From Camelus ferus (Eukaryota): a stretch of DNA of 64,000 bases. The stretch spans positions 75,766,001 to 75,830,000 of the forward strand of contig NC_045697.1 in NCBI RefSeq assembly GCF_009834535.1, in the 5' to 3' direction. Positions within the stretch are counted from its first letter, which is position 1; every line of letters begins with the position of its first letter. A program made the translations under genes and the position numbers. A model generated the notes under the pieces. The model worked only from the letters and a program-made list of their open reading frames with translations, was not told the DNA's origin and searched no databases. Shown piece by piece: positions 1 through 13,579 of this stretch.

Positions 1-54
1 AGACACCACATGAGTCTGTATTTTCATTTTACACAATCATGGTTAAAAACAAGT

Positions 55-292
55 CTAAATACCATGTGGGATCCTATAACAGGAAAGGACATTAGTGGAA
101 AAACTTGTGAAATCCAAGTAAGATTGTGATTTGGTACGAAGGTTAGTTTCTCAGTTTTGAGAAATGGTCTATGGTCATGTAAGTTATTAACCTAAGAGGA
201 AGCTGGGTGAAAGAAAGACAAGAACTCACTGTACTACCATAGACTTACAGAAGAGTTGCGAAATTTTCTCAAAATAAATGTTTTTAAAAAAC
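55..292 (+). mobile_element. Old L1 (L1MC/L1ME-like) 3' end fragment
   Basis: Resembles L1M 3' UTR (ggacattagtggaaaaact...gaagctgggtgaa...gaactcactgtacta) ending in aaataaa and an A-rich tail. Confidence 0.6.
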
Positions 293-859
293 AACAAAAT
301 CACCTGACCATTGCAAAAAAAAAACAAAATAAAATAAAAAATTTAAAAATATCCTCTATGCAGGTAAAGTGCCGTACCCAAAGGATGCTATTCTGAGCCC
401 CAAAGAAGTGGTTAGAAATTGCAGGAAAAAGGAAGGGAAGGAGAGGATACCTATTACACATTAAGTTTAACAGTCTTTTCTAAGTGTCTGAACCATATGG
501 AGTCATCCATAAAGCCATAAATGGCTTCAGATTCATGAGCACCCTTAAATTATATGAGAATATGTATTTTTCTGAGTTTTGTATAGTCACTAATTAGATA
601 TAAAATTAGATAATCCAAATTAACAGAAAATAAAACTATGTATAACTTTCTACCATTGATATGACAAATCTCTAATTAAACATACATTCAATGCAGTAAA
701 AATGCAAACAGAACTACAATCAAAATTAAAAGGAAAAATACTAAAAACACAGTTTTAATGAAAGTGACAGAATATTTATTAATTTCATATAAATTCATGA
801 GAAAACTAAACAACCTCAACAGAGCAGAGTAAGGATAGACAATTCACTGTAAATGAAAC

Positions 860-2860
860 ACAGGGATTCCACAATAGAACACCACCTAACAAGAGGGAAG
901 TCCAGCGAATCTAGAAAACCAAACTTCCCTGAGCCCATCACAGAGCTGAGGTCCTAAAGAAGTAACATGAACTGCTTCCAAAGAGTGACAAGTCTCACTA
1001 AGAGAAGTCAAGACACATGACCTACTTCCCTTTAGTAAAGCATGGGAGGAAAGGGTGGCTACAATAAAGGCAGGAAGAAGAAAACTGCCTTAAAGTTTGC
1101 AAGAAACTCTTACAGGCTGAGTGTGGACTAGCGTGACAGGTTAGTATCACTGGCACCCAGACACAGGAGTTCTGCACACACTCACAAGCAGGCCGACAAC
1201 AGATATGGAGAAGAAAGATCAGAAGCAGGTCCAGGGACTACAGAGAGCACTCCCTTGGTGGTGCACAGGCTCAAAGCTCTGCCCACTTTCTGCATCACTT
1301 AAGCCTTAAGCTGATGGGGGAGGGCAGGAACCCCTCCCAGAGTCCACTGTCTCTGAGGAGAGGGTACAAGCAAATATGGTCTGCCGAAGGAAGGTGGAGG
1401 AAACACTCTTGGCCCAGGATTCTGAACTGATCAAAAACAAGGATCTGCTAGCACAAGTGAGGAGCAAAAACACTCACCCTCCAAGACCTCCCAGGATCCA
1501 AGCAGAGGCTGGCTAATATGTGGGAGGGGAAGGGACATTGAGAAAGACCATATCAAGACTCAGGAGCTTAGGTCCTCCTAAGCTTCAAACTGGACTGGCA
1601 GAACTGAGAACCACCACTGCTCCCCCATCATGAGCCTAGCACCAACAAATAATCAACAGCAGTTCACTGCCAAGAGAGGAGCAAGAGCCTGGAGAGAGAT
1701 CCCTTCCACAGGGCAGGTACGCAGGGAAAGCTGACAGCTGACGGCTGAGTAGAAGCTCTGGGGAAAACTCTCCAGCAGCAGATCCCACACTAAACACAAG
1801 GTAGAACAGCCCATCACTGGAGAAGCTTGAAGCTGGCGGTGCATGAAGAGTAACCACAGAATAAGGAAACCCAAACCCAGCTAAGCTACTGACTAAATTA
1901 ACTCATTACACTAACAGTATGACAGAAAAAAAGAAAATAAATGCCCAAAGCATAACTACTAATTACCTCAAAAATCTCTATTGTTCGTCCAGACACAACA
2001 TGCAGCATTCAAAAAAAAAAAATTACATTATACTAAAAAGAGCAAGAAACACCACCACTGTTAAGAAATTCAGCAAGATCCAGAAAAGACCCAGAGGTAA
2101 GAACTGTCTGTGTCAGTCAGGGCTTTAAAATTACAATTACTATGTTAAGAGATCTAACGCAAAAGTGGAAAATGTTCATGAAAAGACAGAAGATTTCAAC
2201 AGAGAAGTGGACGCTATATTAAAATTTTTTAAGTCAGCCAAATGGTAATAGAATTTTTTTAATTATCAGAGTTTTAAAATTCTCTCTCATGGGCAAATCA
2301 ATATATTGGATGCAGCTTAGGAATCAGTAAACTTGAAAATAAGTGAAGATAAATTACTAAAGCTGAAAAGTTAAAACAAAAAAGAGTGAAAGGACAAGTA
2401 TCTTTTGGCTGTGGGACAATATTATATTGTCTAGAATATATGTAACTGAAGTTCCAGAAGAAGGAGGGAGAACAGGGCAAAAGAAATATCTGAAGAGATA
2501 ACGGACAAGAGTTTTCAAAAACCAATAAAAAAGCAAACCACCAACCCAAGAAAATCAAAGAACTCTAAACTGAAAGAAACAGACCTAAATATTCTGAAAG
2601 ATGTAGATCTATACTAAAACTGCTAAAAAATAGAGATTAAGGGAAAATGTTGAATTCAAGCAGGAAAGAAAAAGTCACAAAGAGAAAAAGAAAACACTAC
2701 AAGAGAGGGACAAAAAAAAAAAAAGAATTAAATCAGACTTCTCTTCAGAAACAATGTAAACAAAAGGACTATGGAGCACCTTTAAAGTACTAAAAGAAAT
2801 AAAACCTTGTCAATCCAGAATTCTATGACAGTGAAAATATCTTTTTAAAATAAAGAAACA
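860..2860 (+). mobile_element. Degenerate L1 5' UTR and ORF1 remnant
   Basis: A-rich ORF1-like segments (tgaagttccagaag..., cagacttctcttcagaaacaatg..., aatccagaattctat...gaaaatatcttt). Multiple stops; boundaries approximate. Confidence 0.6.
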
Positions 2861-4289
2861 GATGAGAAAGATCTGATATAAAACCTCTCCAAACTCAATC
2901 ATCTGTGCCTCCCAGTATGCTATGTACACACTGAATCTGGTTTATAAGATACCTTCTTGGAGTTTAGACTCTAACTTCTGTGTCTATCACCTACAACCTA
3001 AATCCCTCAAGGACAAACACAGCTTGTTATCTCTGTAGTGCCAGTACCCTGGACTGTGACTAACTACAGTCATGGGCTTTTAACAGATGTCTGATTGATA
3101 ATGGATGATGAAAGAACAGATAAAGCAGATGAGAAGGAAGGCCAGAGGCAGAGCAACAGGACTAGCACAAGAGCTCAGAAGCTGGTTAATAGAAAACCTA
3201 TTAACCAACAGAAAAAAGAACAGCAGAAAGATGAAGTACAAAACCTCCTGGGATGAGGTCTTATCGTCCTGCAGATAGTACATCAGTACAGACAAACATC
3301 AGAGCAGGGTAGTTATCAATTCATTTTATCTCTATTTGTTGAGTTAAAAGGTTTAGATAAGGGAAATAAATTAAGAAGTTGGGTCCCAGGTTAATTATCA
3401 GCAGACATTTTATAATGTGGAAACATTCAAAGGCTAAACATTTGTAATATATTCAGACATAGGTTTTCTTTTAACTGTATGTCTAATATATCCAGTAAGA
3501 GATACTAGATGAAAAGGGTTTATGGTACTAGAATTTTAAAAATCAGGAGGAGGCTGGGACACCGTAAGTCACAGTTAGGACAGAATTAGGAGCACCAGTG
3601 CATCACTGAAGGTGTAACTGCTGTATCAGAAGTCCCTGCATGGCACTGATCAGCAAAGGGAGGGACACCATGATGGGGAGAGAAGAACTACTCACCCACA
3701 TGAAGGCCAGATCCTCTCCAGCTAAGTGAGCAAGTGACCCTCTACTGGAACGAACAGGAGACATATGGAAAAAGGAGCCAAGAAGGAAAGAAAAGTAACT
3801 TCTAAAAACAGATTAAACTAAACTCTGAGAGACTCATGTACCTAGTGGGCCTGAGTACTCTGGGTAACATTATGCCTCTTTAATGTTTCCATCTGCTAAG
3901 GAACCAGAGAAAGGTCCTTAGCCCCAGAACCCTTCCCTCCCTAAAATTCAATCATAAGATGTCATCAAGTTATCAGAGGGAAAATCTGTGCAGTCTCTAT
4001 GAAAAGTTAACAACATTATACAATTCAACTTAAAAATATATGCCAAGTTGTAGAGCTGAATAATCAAGGTTGAATTTTCTCTATTATGTATTGATCTGTT
4101 AAAATTATTAGAAGATTATTTGTCTCTGAAGCCTCCTGTGGTTTACACTGACTGGGGTATTTCATATGTGGTACATATATGATGCCCCCACAACACCTAA
4201 CACAGTGACATACATGCACAGAAAGCTGTTAGCACCATAAAGAATTTAAAATAAATTGTATCCAATAATCAATATATATGATTAATGTA

Positions 4290-7135
4290 TTCAATAATAT
4301 ATTAAAAGGATCATACACCTAGATCAAATGGGATTTATCCCAGGGATGCAAAGATTTTTCAATATTCATAAATCAATGTGATACCACATTAACAAACTGA
4401 AGAATAAAAATCATGATTATCTCAACAGATGCAGAAAAAGCTTCTAACAAAATTCAACATCCATTTATGATAAAAGCTCCAACAAAGTGGGTACAGAGGG
4501 AACATATTTTGACATAATAAAGGCCACATATGATAAGCTCTCAGCTGATATCACACTGAACAGTGAAAAGCTGAAAGCATTTCCTCTAAAATCAGGAACA
4601 AGACACTCTCACCACTCCAACACAGTATTGGAAGTTCTAGTCACAGCAATCAGACAAGAAATAAAAGGCATCCAAATTGGAAAGGAAGAAGTAAAACTGT
4701 CACTGCAGATAACATGATACTATATATAGAAAATTCTCAAGACACTACCAAAAAACTACTACAGCTCATCAATGAATTCAGTAAAGTTGCAAGATACAAA
4801 ATTAATATACAGAATTCTGTTGCATATCTATACAGTCTCAAAAAGAGACCGTAAGAAAAAAATCTCATTTACAACCTCATCAAAAAGAATAAAATATCTA
4901 GGAATAAATCTAACTAAGAAAGTAAAAGATCTATCTTCAGAAAACTGTAAGACACTGATGAAAAAAATTGAAGATGACACAAACAGATGAAAAGATGTAC
5001 CATGTTAATGGACTAGAAGAATTAATATTGTTAAAACAACATACTACCCAAGGCAATCTACAGATTCAATGCAATCCCTAACAAAATACTAATGGCATTT
5101 TTCACAAAACTATAACAAATAATTCTAAAATTTGTATGGAAACACAAAAGATCCCAAAGAGCCAAAACAATCTGAGAAAGAAGAACAAACCTGAAGGTAT
5201 CACACTTCCAGATTTCAAACTATAGTACTATAGTACAAAGTTACATTCATCAAAACAGTATGGTACTGGCACAAAAACAGACACATGGATCAATGGAACA
5301 CAACAGAGAGCCCAGAAATGAACCCACACTTATATGAGCAATTAATCTACAACAAAGGAAGCAAGAATATACAATAAGGAAACGACAGCCTCTTCAATAA
5401 ATGGGTTGGAAAAACTGGACAGCTACATCCAAAAGAATCAAACTGGACTGCTGTCTCACACATGCATAAAAATAAATTCAAAATAGGTTGAAGATTTAAA
5501 TGTAAGACCTGAAACCATGAAACTTCTATAAGAAAACATAGGCAGTATGCTCCTTGACATCAGTCTTAACAATATTTTGAGGGGATATGTCTCCTCAGGC
5601 AAGGGAAACAAATGCAAAAGTAAACAAACGGGACTACATCAAACTAAAAAGCCTTTGCACAGCAAAACAAACTACCAACAACAACAAAAAAAAGGCCACC
5701 TACTAAATGGGAAAATATATTTGCAAATGATATATCTGGCAAAGGGTTAACATCTAAAATATACAAAGAACTCATACAACTGATATTAAAAAAAAAACAA
5801 AAACATTAAAAAATGGGCAGAGGGTCTGAATAGACATTCTTCCAAAGAAGACATACAGTTGGCCAAAAGGCACATGAAAAAGTGCTCAACATCACTGATC
5901 ATCAGGAAAATACAAATCAAAACCACAACATGGTATCACCTCACAGAATGGTTATTATGAAAAAAAAAACAAATAACAAATATCATCAAGGATATGTGGA
6001 AAAGGGAGCCTTTGTGCACTGTTGGTAGGAATGTAAATTTCCACCGTGGAAAAGAGTATGGAGATTGCTCATAAAATTAAAAATAGAACTACCATATAAT
6101 CCAGCAATACCTTGCCTGGGTATTTATCCAAAGAAAACAAAAACACTAATTAGAAAAGATATATGCACCCCTATGTTCATAGCAGCATTATTTACAATAA
6201 CCAAGATATGGCTATAACCCAAGTGCTCATCAATAGATAAATGGCTAAAGAAGATGTGATATATATATATATGATGAAATATTACTCAGTCATAAAAGAA
6301 ATGAAATCTTGCCATCTGCAACAACACAAATGGACCTAGAGAGTATTATGCTAAGTGAAGTAAGTCAGAAAGAGAAAAACAAACACTGCTTTTGCTTTCA
6401 CTTATATGCGGAATCTAAAAAACAAAACAAATGAACAAACAGCAAAACAGAGAGTTACAGATATAGAGAACACAAAGGTCGTTACCAGAGGAGAGGGAGT
6501 TGGGGGAGGAAAGAAATAGGTTAGTGAGATAAGAGATACAAACTCCCAGTTGCAAAATAAATGAGGTATGGGTATGAAATATACAGTGTGGGGAATATAC
6601 TCAATAACTAAATAATATCTTTGTGGTGACATCGTAACTACACTTACCATTGTGATCATTTTGAAATATATAGGAAAAAATATCACTACACTGTGTAACA
6701 GGAACATAGTGTTGCAGGTCATTATCTTCAAAAACAAACAGACTCATAGAAAAAGGGATCAGACTTGTGGTTACGAGAGGCATGGGTCGGGGGTGGGTGA
6801 ATTGGATGAAGGCAGTCAAGAGGTATAAACTTCCAGTTGTAAGTGAGTACTAGAGATGTAATGTACAACATGCTAAATATAATTAACACTGCAGTATGTT
6901 ATATATGAAAGTCATTAAGAGAGTAAATCCTAAGAGTTTTCATCACAAAAAAAAAACCAAACTTTTTTCTATTTCTTTAATTTTGTTCCTAAATGAGATG
7001 ATGGATGCTCACTAAACTTACTATGATAATCATTTCATGATGTATGTAGGTCAAGTCATTATGCTTGTGCACCTTAAACTTGTACAGTGTGGTCTGTCAA
7101 TTATATCTCCATAAAACTGGAAGGAAAAAAAAGAA
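4290..7135 (+). mobile_element. 5'-truncated L1: ORF2 RT/C-terminal remnant plus 3' UTR, antisense in PAPSS1 intron 5
   Basis: ORF fragments [28 protein letters not shown] and RIKYLGINLTKKVKDL are L1 ORF2. Frameshifted. 3' UTR and A-tail end near 7130. Confidence 0.93.
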
Positions 7136-7245
7136 TTTGAAGCACAAATGTTTCTCTATACTAGCACCACCTTTTTTTTGGGAGGGGAATGTTGTGACAT
7201 GGATATAATTATTCTCTGATGAGTCCGTCTTTGACCTCCTCTTAC

Positions 7246-7364
7246 CCGCTCCTGGAGAAGTTCCACAACCTGCTGGACACAGTCGTTTACATCACAGGAG
7301 TCTGTTTTCAGCACCAGTTCAGGGGCCTCTGGTTTTTCATACTCAGAATCAATTCCAGTGAAAC
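7246..7364 (-). CDS. PAPSS1: PAPSS1 coding exon 5 ([40 protein letters not shown])
   Basis: Translated by hand. Acceptor cttttatag|GT, donor CGG|gtaag, 119 nt. [13 protein letters not shown] motif ends the APS-kinase domain. Confidence 0.96.
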
Positions 7365-7532
7365 CTATAAAAGGGGGTAGAAATTAAAATTAAAATAGGT
7401 TTGTTCCTTCAGTGCAAGTCTCTGCTATGCTGAAGTTCATATTTATGCTGCCCCTTCTAAGTTACAAGGTTACAATATAGAAACTTCTTTCTTGGAGGAT
7501 TTCTAATTAAACTTTTGTTTCTTTTTTGAACA

Positions 7533-8170
7533 CAGTCGATTCTCATTATCTGCGGAAGTCATGTTCAATAAGTTGCCACAAACATGAAATTAGTGAATCC
7601 TGAATCACTCACTGCTCAGAGGAGCAATGTGGGGTTGGGTTCCTGTGAGCCTCTTGTCACCAAATTTTTGTCAATTGATTAATATATAACTTTGTTTTAT
7701 GAGTGTTTCTGTTTAAAGATCTTATTTTATAGGCACTGTTTATTCATTAATGCTGAACTCAGGGCCAAGAACACGAGAACTCACATCTGAGCATCACTTA
7801 TCTAACATGTCTATTTTCTCCACAAGGCAGGTCAGTCTTCCTGTGCTTAGGAACACCAGAAGCACTTCAGCACTCTGCCTGGGGCCACTGTGAACAGCAA
7901 AATCACCAACAAAAAGCAAACAATAAAAAAATGCCCCCAAACATGGCACTAAATAGGCCATCACAAGGACACTTACAGCATGAGAATTGAAAGGCCTTGT
8001 TCAACTTCAGCTAGGGATGTGCACTTCAGGTGACTACAATTTTGCTGCTCTGCACATGTCCACAAGTGACAACCAAAGTACCGTGGGTACACTGACATAG
8101 AGATTACAAATACATTTTACTGAGCAGGCACATCTGTAAATCTGGAGTCTTCAGATAACAAGGATGGACA
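7533..8170. mobile_element. MER82-like TcMar-Tigger non-autonomous DNA transposon
   Basis: Starts cagtcgattctcattatctgcgg and ends cagataacaaggatggaca (degenerate TIRs). Internal sequence resembles MER82. Confidence 0.75.
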
Positions 8171-8965
8171 ATACTTCCATCACTCTTCCTTTTTTCTTAT
8201 ACATAAATGCCTAAACTACCTGTGAAGAAACAGGCATGAATACCAAGTGATCCAGAGCATCTCAGTTTCTCCACAGGAATACAGGATACAATGCCTACGC
8301 CCTGGGCATAAAACCAAGCTCAACGAGGTTTTTCTTCCTCTCAATGCAAAAACTGATGCAAGTACATCTGCCCATTATATTCACCAGGATTATCTGTAGC
8401 CAAGCTGAAGCTCTGCAGGCTTCTTCTGCCATCAGATTAAGTGTTCAGGCAAGACAGATTAACTACTATTAGCTTAAGCAAAACATAACTAAGGAGGGTA
8501 ATCCTGTTGTATCACCAAAGATGTTCTACAATCCAATATAATCAATTTAGATATTAACTACTATTTAGATTTTCCCTACCATATATGTGGTTACCGTGTA
8601 ACTGCCAGGAGAAAGAATACACGACGTCACCACAGAATGGGCTGGCTGAGCTGAGGACATTATCCCGTACATAAGTCCTTCACAGCCCGTCTGCATTGGA
8701 ATGCCAAGTCATCCCCGGGTTAGAATGGTAAGCATGAATTTGAAATCATTACTGTTAAGAGGTAAAGGTATCAAAAAAACTTTAACACTATAAGTCTACA
8801 GCCCACCGATTTCATTTTTTTCCTATTTCATATTTCTAAGTATCACATGAAGTCCTGAACCCAAGAAAAAACTTCCCATTACCAATATTTCCTACAGTTC
8901 TAGTGATGAGTCGCAATAAAATAGGTGGGTAAAAAACAAATCTGGTTAGATGCTAGTTCTTAAGC

Positions 8966-9113
8966 TCTGATTCTCAAATGTAGCTATGTTGGAATCACTG
9001 GGTCCCACCCTCAAGAGATCCTGATTTCACCGGTCCGGGTTACAGCCTTGGCACTGGATTTTTTAAAGTTTCCCCAGGTAATACTTTTGTGCAGCAAAGC
9101 CTGAGGATAACTG
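8966..9113. mobile_element. MER5A-type hAT-Charlie MITE
   Basis: ttctcaaa...gaatcact...gggtcccaccctcaagagatcctgattt...ccccaggtaat...tgaggataactg. Confidence 0.7.
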
Positions 9114-9731
9114 TGGAGAAGACTTGGTTTAACATTTTAAAAGCCCAGGAATTATCTTCCTAATTAGTTTATCCCCTAAGTGATTATAATAAATGTACAC
9201 TGTAAGTGAAATATTTATATTTAAGTAGATAATAACTACTTGAACAATAATCATGAAAATAACCTAGTATTAGACCAGCTGACGCAGGCATCCATTTACA
9301 GTTTAGTAAGTGCCATATAAAGGCCTGTAACAGCCTGAAGCCTGCTGAATGTATGCAATGTCACCTGCCCTTGAATGTTTACCATCATGGCTCTGAAACA
9401 GCATCAATAGGAAACTTTTTAAGCACCATTCTGACAATGAGTAAATGATTTTTAAAAACTGTACAGTCAGGAACACTAGTACCATGGCAAACCTAAAATA
9501 AATAAATGTGTGTACACACATGCACACAGTCATACATTAATCTAAGGAACACTTTATCAACGTCTATTCAGAGTCATTAAGAAACACTTGGTAAACAAGT
9601 AACACACAGAAAACTGAACTGATAGAGACACACTCCCAGATATAGCAAACTGTAAATGATTCAAGGTATCGTGAATGCGGTCTTATTATCCATCCTTGCA
9701 TCCTCAGTATCAATTATAAACCTTGCAAATA

Positions 9732-9860
9732 GGGGAGGGTATAGCTCAAGTTGTAGAGCACGTGTTTGGCATACACAAGGTCCTGGGTTCAATCCTCAGT
9801 ACCTCCTCCAAAAATAAATAAGTAAACCTCATTACCCACCCCACAAAAAGGAAATAACTC
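9732..9860 (+). mobile_element. Vic-1-type camelid tRNA-derived SINE
   Basis: ggggagggtatagctcaag..gtagag (A box) and gggttcaatcc (B box), aataaata/cctcattac tail. 15-bp TSD aaa(c/t)cttgcaaatag at 9718-9732 and 9861-9875. Confidence 0.9.
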
Positions 9861-10198
9861 AAATCTTGCAAATAGAAAGCATTGATCATGTGCTGAACAT
9901 CTGATTTCCACTCCCGCTTCTAATCTATCCAGCAGGCATTTACTGTGTGTGTGCCAAGTACCATGCTTTGAGCCATGCTCTGTACTAAATTCTAAAAACA
10001 CAAAAAAATGGTAAAGATATTGTCCCTGCTCTCAGGGTGCTTACTCTAGCTGGGCAGACAAATCTACCTCCCTCACCAATCCATCCCTGCAAAACAACAA
10101 AACCAACTACAGCTAAAATAAGTAAAAGATTCAGACTTCAGGATCCCAGACATTTTAGTTCTCTTTGCCAAATCTCTATTTCAAAAAACAAAAGTGAA

Positions 10199-10475
10199 GA
10201 GGAGGGATAAATTGGGAGTTTGGGATTAACAGATACAAACTACTATCCTTAAAATACATAAGCAACAGGATTTACTATTTAGCACAGGGAACTATATTCA
10301 GTATCTTGGAATAATCTATAATGGAAAATAATCTGAAAATATATATTTACACATATATATAACTGAATATATACATATAAGAGAATCACTTTGTTGTACA
10401 CCTGAAACTAACACATTATAAATCAACTATACTTTAATTAAAAAAAAAGAAAAAAACACACACACACACACAAAC
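10199..10475 (+). mobile_element. Cetartiodactyl L1 3' end fragment with A/CA tail
   Basis: gggataaattgggagtttgggattaacagatacaaactacta...tatagcacagggaactatattc-like core, ending aaatcaactatacttt plus poly-A. Confidence 0.85.
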
Positions 10476-11617
10476 AAAAGAAGTGAAAACTGGCCATCAA
10501 CAGAGAGAGAGTGATCCACAAGTTAAATGGCTACACTGGTTTCCCTCCTGTTCTCATAAATTATCCAAGTCAGGCAGCCTGTTGTTACTGAGTCAAGAAA
10601 GAGCAGGCTTAATGGGTGAAACTGAGTCTCCACGGGGGCAAGACCACATGAGCCCTGCCCAAGGAACCAGATTCACTACAGCCAGTGAAACACGTCCCAA
10701 CTGCTAATGGGCTTCCCAATCCAAATATGAAAAGCCCAGAATAACAAGCATTTTCCTTTCTGTTCCACCTTTTCCTTTTCAGGGCCACAAGCTGGTGCCA
10801 AATTCACAGAGTTCCTGGGAGCTCCTGATAGTCCCAGGCTATCACATTGCCTGATGGGAAAGCAAACAAGTTACCAGCATGAATTGATCCCTAAACAACG
10901 CTGCCTGAGTAATCTACCTTTGATCTTTTTTTTTCAGTGCTGGCATGCTGTCTGTTACTGTTAATAATAATCGATCAGGGCTCACATCAAAGGATGTCTA
11001 GAAGATAAGTGATATAATTGGTATCAAAGAGCACAGCAGACAGGTTCTAAATGTCTTTCTACGTCCAAATTTTCATCACAGTTGAAACCCTGGGAGCAGA
11101 CCAAAAACCTAAAAACCAAGTTGTAAGTATTTTGATAAAATCACAGATATGTACAACAAACATACACAGAATGAATGTCAGACCTTTCCAAGCACGATAT
11201 TATAAAGAAGAATGAGACATTGCCCTTGCTCTCAAGATGCTTATAATTCAGACATTTTTCCCATTAGCTATGGAATTCCCTATGTTTTCACTGGAACAAA
11301 GAGAAGTGGCAGCAATGAGCAACTGATAGCCAACCTAATGCTAGGCACCTAATTAGACCAAACAAGTTTCTTTCCACCAGCTCCCAAAGTCCCAATACTC
11401 AAACTGTCTTCTGAGTAGGACTGCAGCCTGGTCAATGATGTTGAGCGTACACACTGTCAGATACTACTGAGAGATAACAGCATTGTCGTAAGACCCACTG
11501 TCTCTTCTCAGGAGCTCCAAGTTGTTTGAATACTTCCATCTCTTAGAAAAGATTATCAGTCTCAGATATAGTAAGATGAAACATCTATGGAAAGAGAAAC
11601 TAGGAAAAAAAATATTA

Positions 11618-11800
<183 letters not shown>

Positions 11801-13384
11801 TCATGTGACTCAAGGGTCTTATCTTAACATCAAGGATGGGTCAAAGTGCTTTGCAGCTGAGTTAGCGGAAGATATATTTGACAAAGTTTGACTTACGTTT
11901 TGAAAATATAAACTGAAACAAACAAACAAAAATAAATCCAAGAAATAATTAGGTTATCACACCCATTCTTCATTAAAAATTTTAAAAGGCCTACTCTTCT
12001 AAAAATCTGAGATACTGGAGAGTTCCGGGAAGGAGAATAACGGGTGCCCCATAAAAACTTTCACCTAAATTTTATGAGGAAACTGAGCCCTGGACCAGCT
12101 CGAATGCAGATGTCATCAGGCCGCTCTCTCAATAACATGGTTAACCCGAGCCTGGGCTGGAATGAAAGTAACTTCACAAGAGATCAACTCAGAACCCTCA
12201 GGCTAGTTTATTCACTTGCCAAATACAACCCCCTGCAGCCACTTCATATCTCTAGCAGTCCCAAAACTTCATTTTTCTGCACAGCTCCTAACCCCCAACT
12301 CTGGTAATACCTTCACCACTCAGTCTAAAAGCTCTCCACGCTGTCCTCTGGAACACTGTTCCCTTTATAAGTCAACTCCTTTCTGGTCTTAACTAAAACC
12401 AGGTTCTCCCTTAAGGATTCATCATCTTCCCGTTCTCAAGTGTAGGCTCAACATCCACACTCTGTACACAAGGCAGTGCCAACATTTTCAAAGCTAGTCC
12501 CTGCAACTTCCTCCATCCTAGCCCCACAGAGATCATTTTCTCATTCACCACCTTTCTTAGGACCCCTCCAACAAACCATGCTGCTTCCACTCATACCAGA
12601 CGATCACACTTCTTATTTCAAAAAGAAAATCCCCAGGCACAAATGCTCTCAATCTCTCCTCTGCCATATAAATAGACCCACATCCCAATCTCTGTCTCCC
12701 TCCCTCTTGTCACTCCTCTCTACACGATGCCAAATCCCCTTGCCTCCAAAGGACCTTGCTCAACCCATTATCCCTGCTCCATCTGAAATCCTGAACCTCT
12801 TCCTTCTCCCCTGGCAGCAAACAAATACAAGACTCTCACCCTTTAAGAACAGGTGAACTAACAAATCGTACAAAAATTCCCTTAATCATGAGGACTTTCC
12901 AGTCTTTTTGCCACATTTCACACTACTAACCTTATGTTCTCCAATAGTGGTACACAGGGTAGTAGTGATCACTCCCATGCAGCTCCCTGGGCTCCTCTCA
13001 CTTCCCCCATCCCTGAACACCGGTATCGCCCAAAATTCCAGCGGAAGCCTGCTGCACACACCCCGAGCACTGTTCTCATCTGCTTTCACAGTGTGAATTA
13101 CAACATAGATACCCTTACTCAAGCCTGAACTCTGTCCTCTCTCCTGCAATTACACACACCCTTCCAACTTCCTCCAGGTTATCTTGAACTTAACACGTAC
13201 AAAACTGAACCCATTCTTTTCTCTCAAGCTTGCATTCCCAGCTGTACTGTCCAAATCAAGGGATGATAATACTATTTACCCAGAACCCCAGAGCTGTTCT
13301 GGTTCCTTCCTTTTGCTGCCCGACCTTGTGCATTTTGTCACAAAGTCCTTCACCCAAAGTTCCCTTCAAACCATTGCACTCTTT

Positions 13385-13579
13385 GGGGAGAGGGTACAGC
13401 TCAGTGGTAGACAGCATGCTTAGCATTCAAGAGGTCCTGGGTTCAATCCTCAGTACCTCCATTAAAAAAAAAGAAAGATAAGTCTAATTACCCACTCCCC
13501 CGCAAAATAAGCTTAAAAAAAGAAATTAGATTATTTTTAGAAAGCGTGTGTCTCTCAAGAAATTGATTTAAAAAAAAAA
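13385..13579 (+). mobile_element. Vic-1-type SINE with extended 3' region
   Basis: A and B boxes as in the other copies. TSD attgcactct at 13373-13382 and 13580-13589. Confidence 0.88.

Noticed and set aside
4487..5750. L1 ORF2-like ORFs as an active reverse transcriptase gene
   Set aside because: Short, frameshifted fragments of a 5'-truncated L1.
1..7245. Searched for PAPSS1 exon 6 (DIVPVDASYEVKEL...)
   Set aside because: Not found by eye. The region is mostly L1-derived, so the rest of the gene lies beyond the left edge of the window.
9732..9806. tRNA-like sequences here and at 13385, 29753, 58125 and 58333 as tRNA genes
   Set aside because: They have degenerate stems, shared non-tRNA 3' tails, poly-A and TSDs, so they are tRNA-derived SINEs rather than functional tRNAs.
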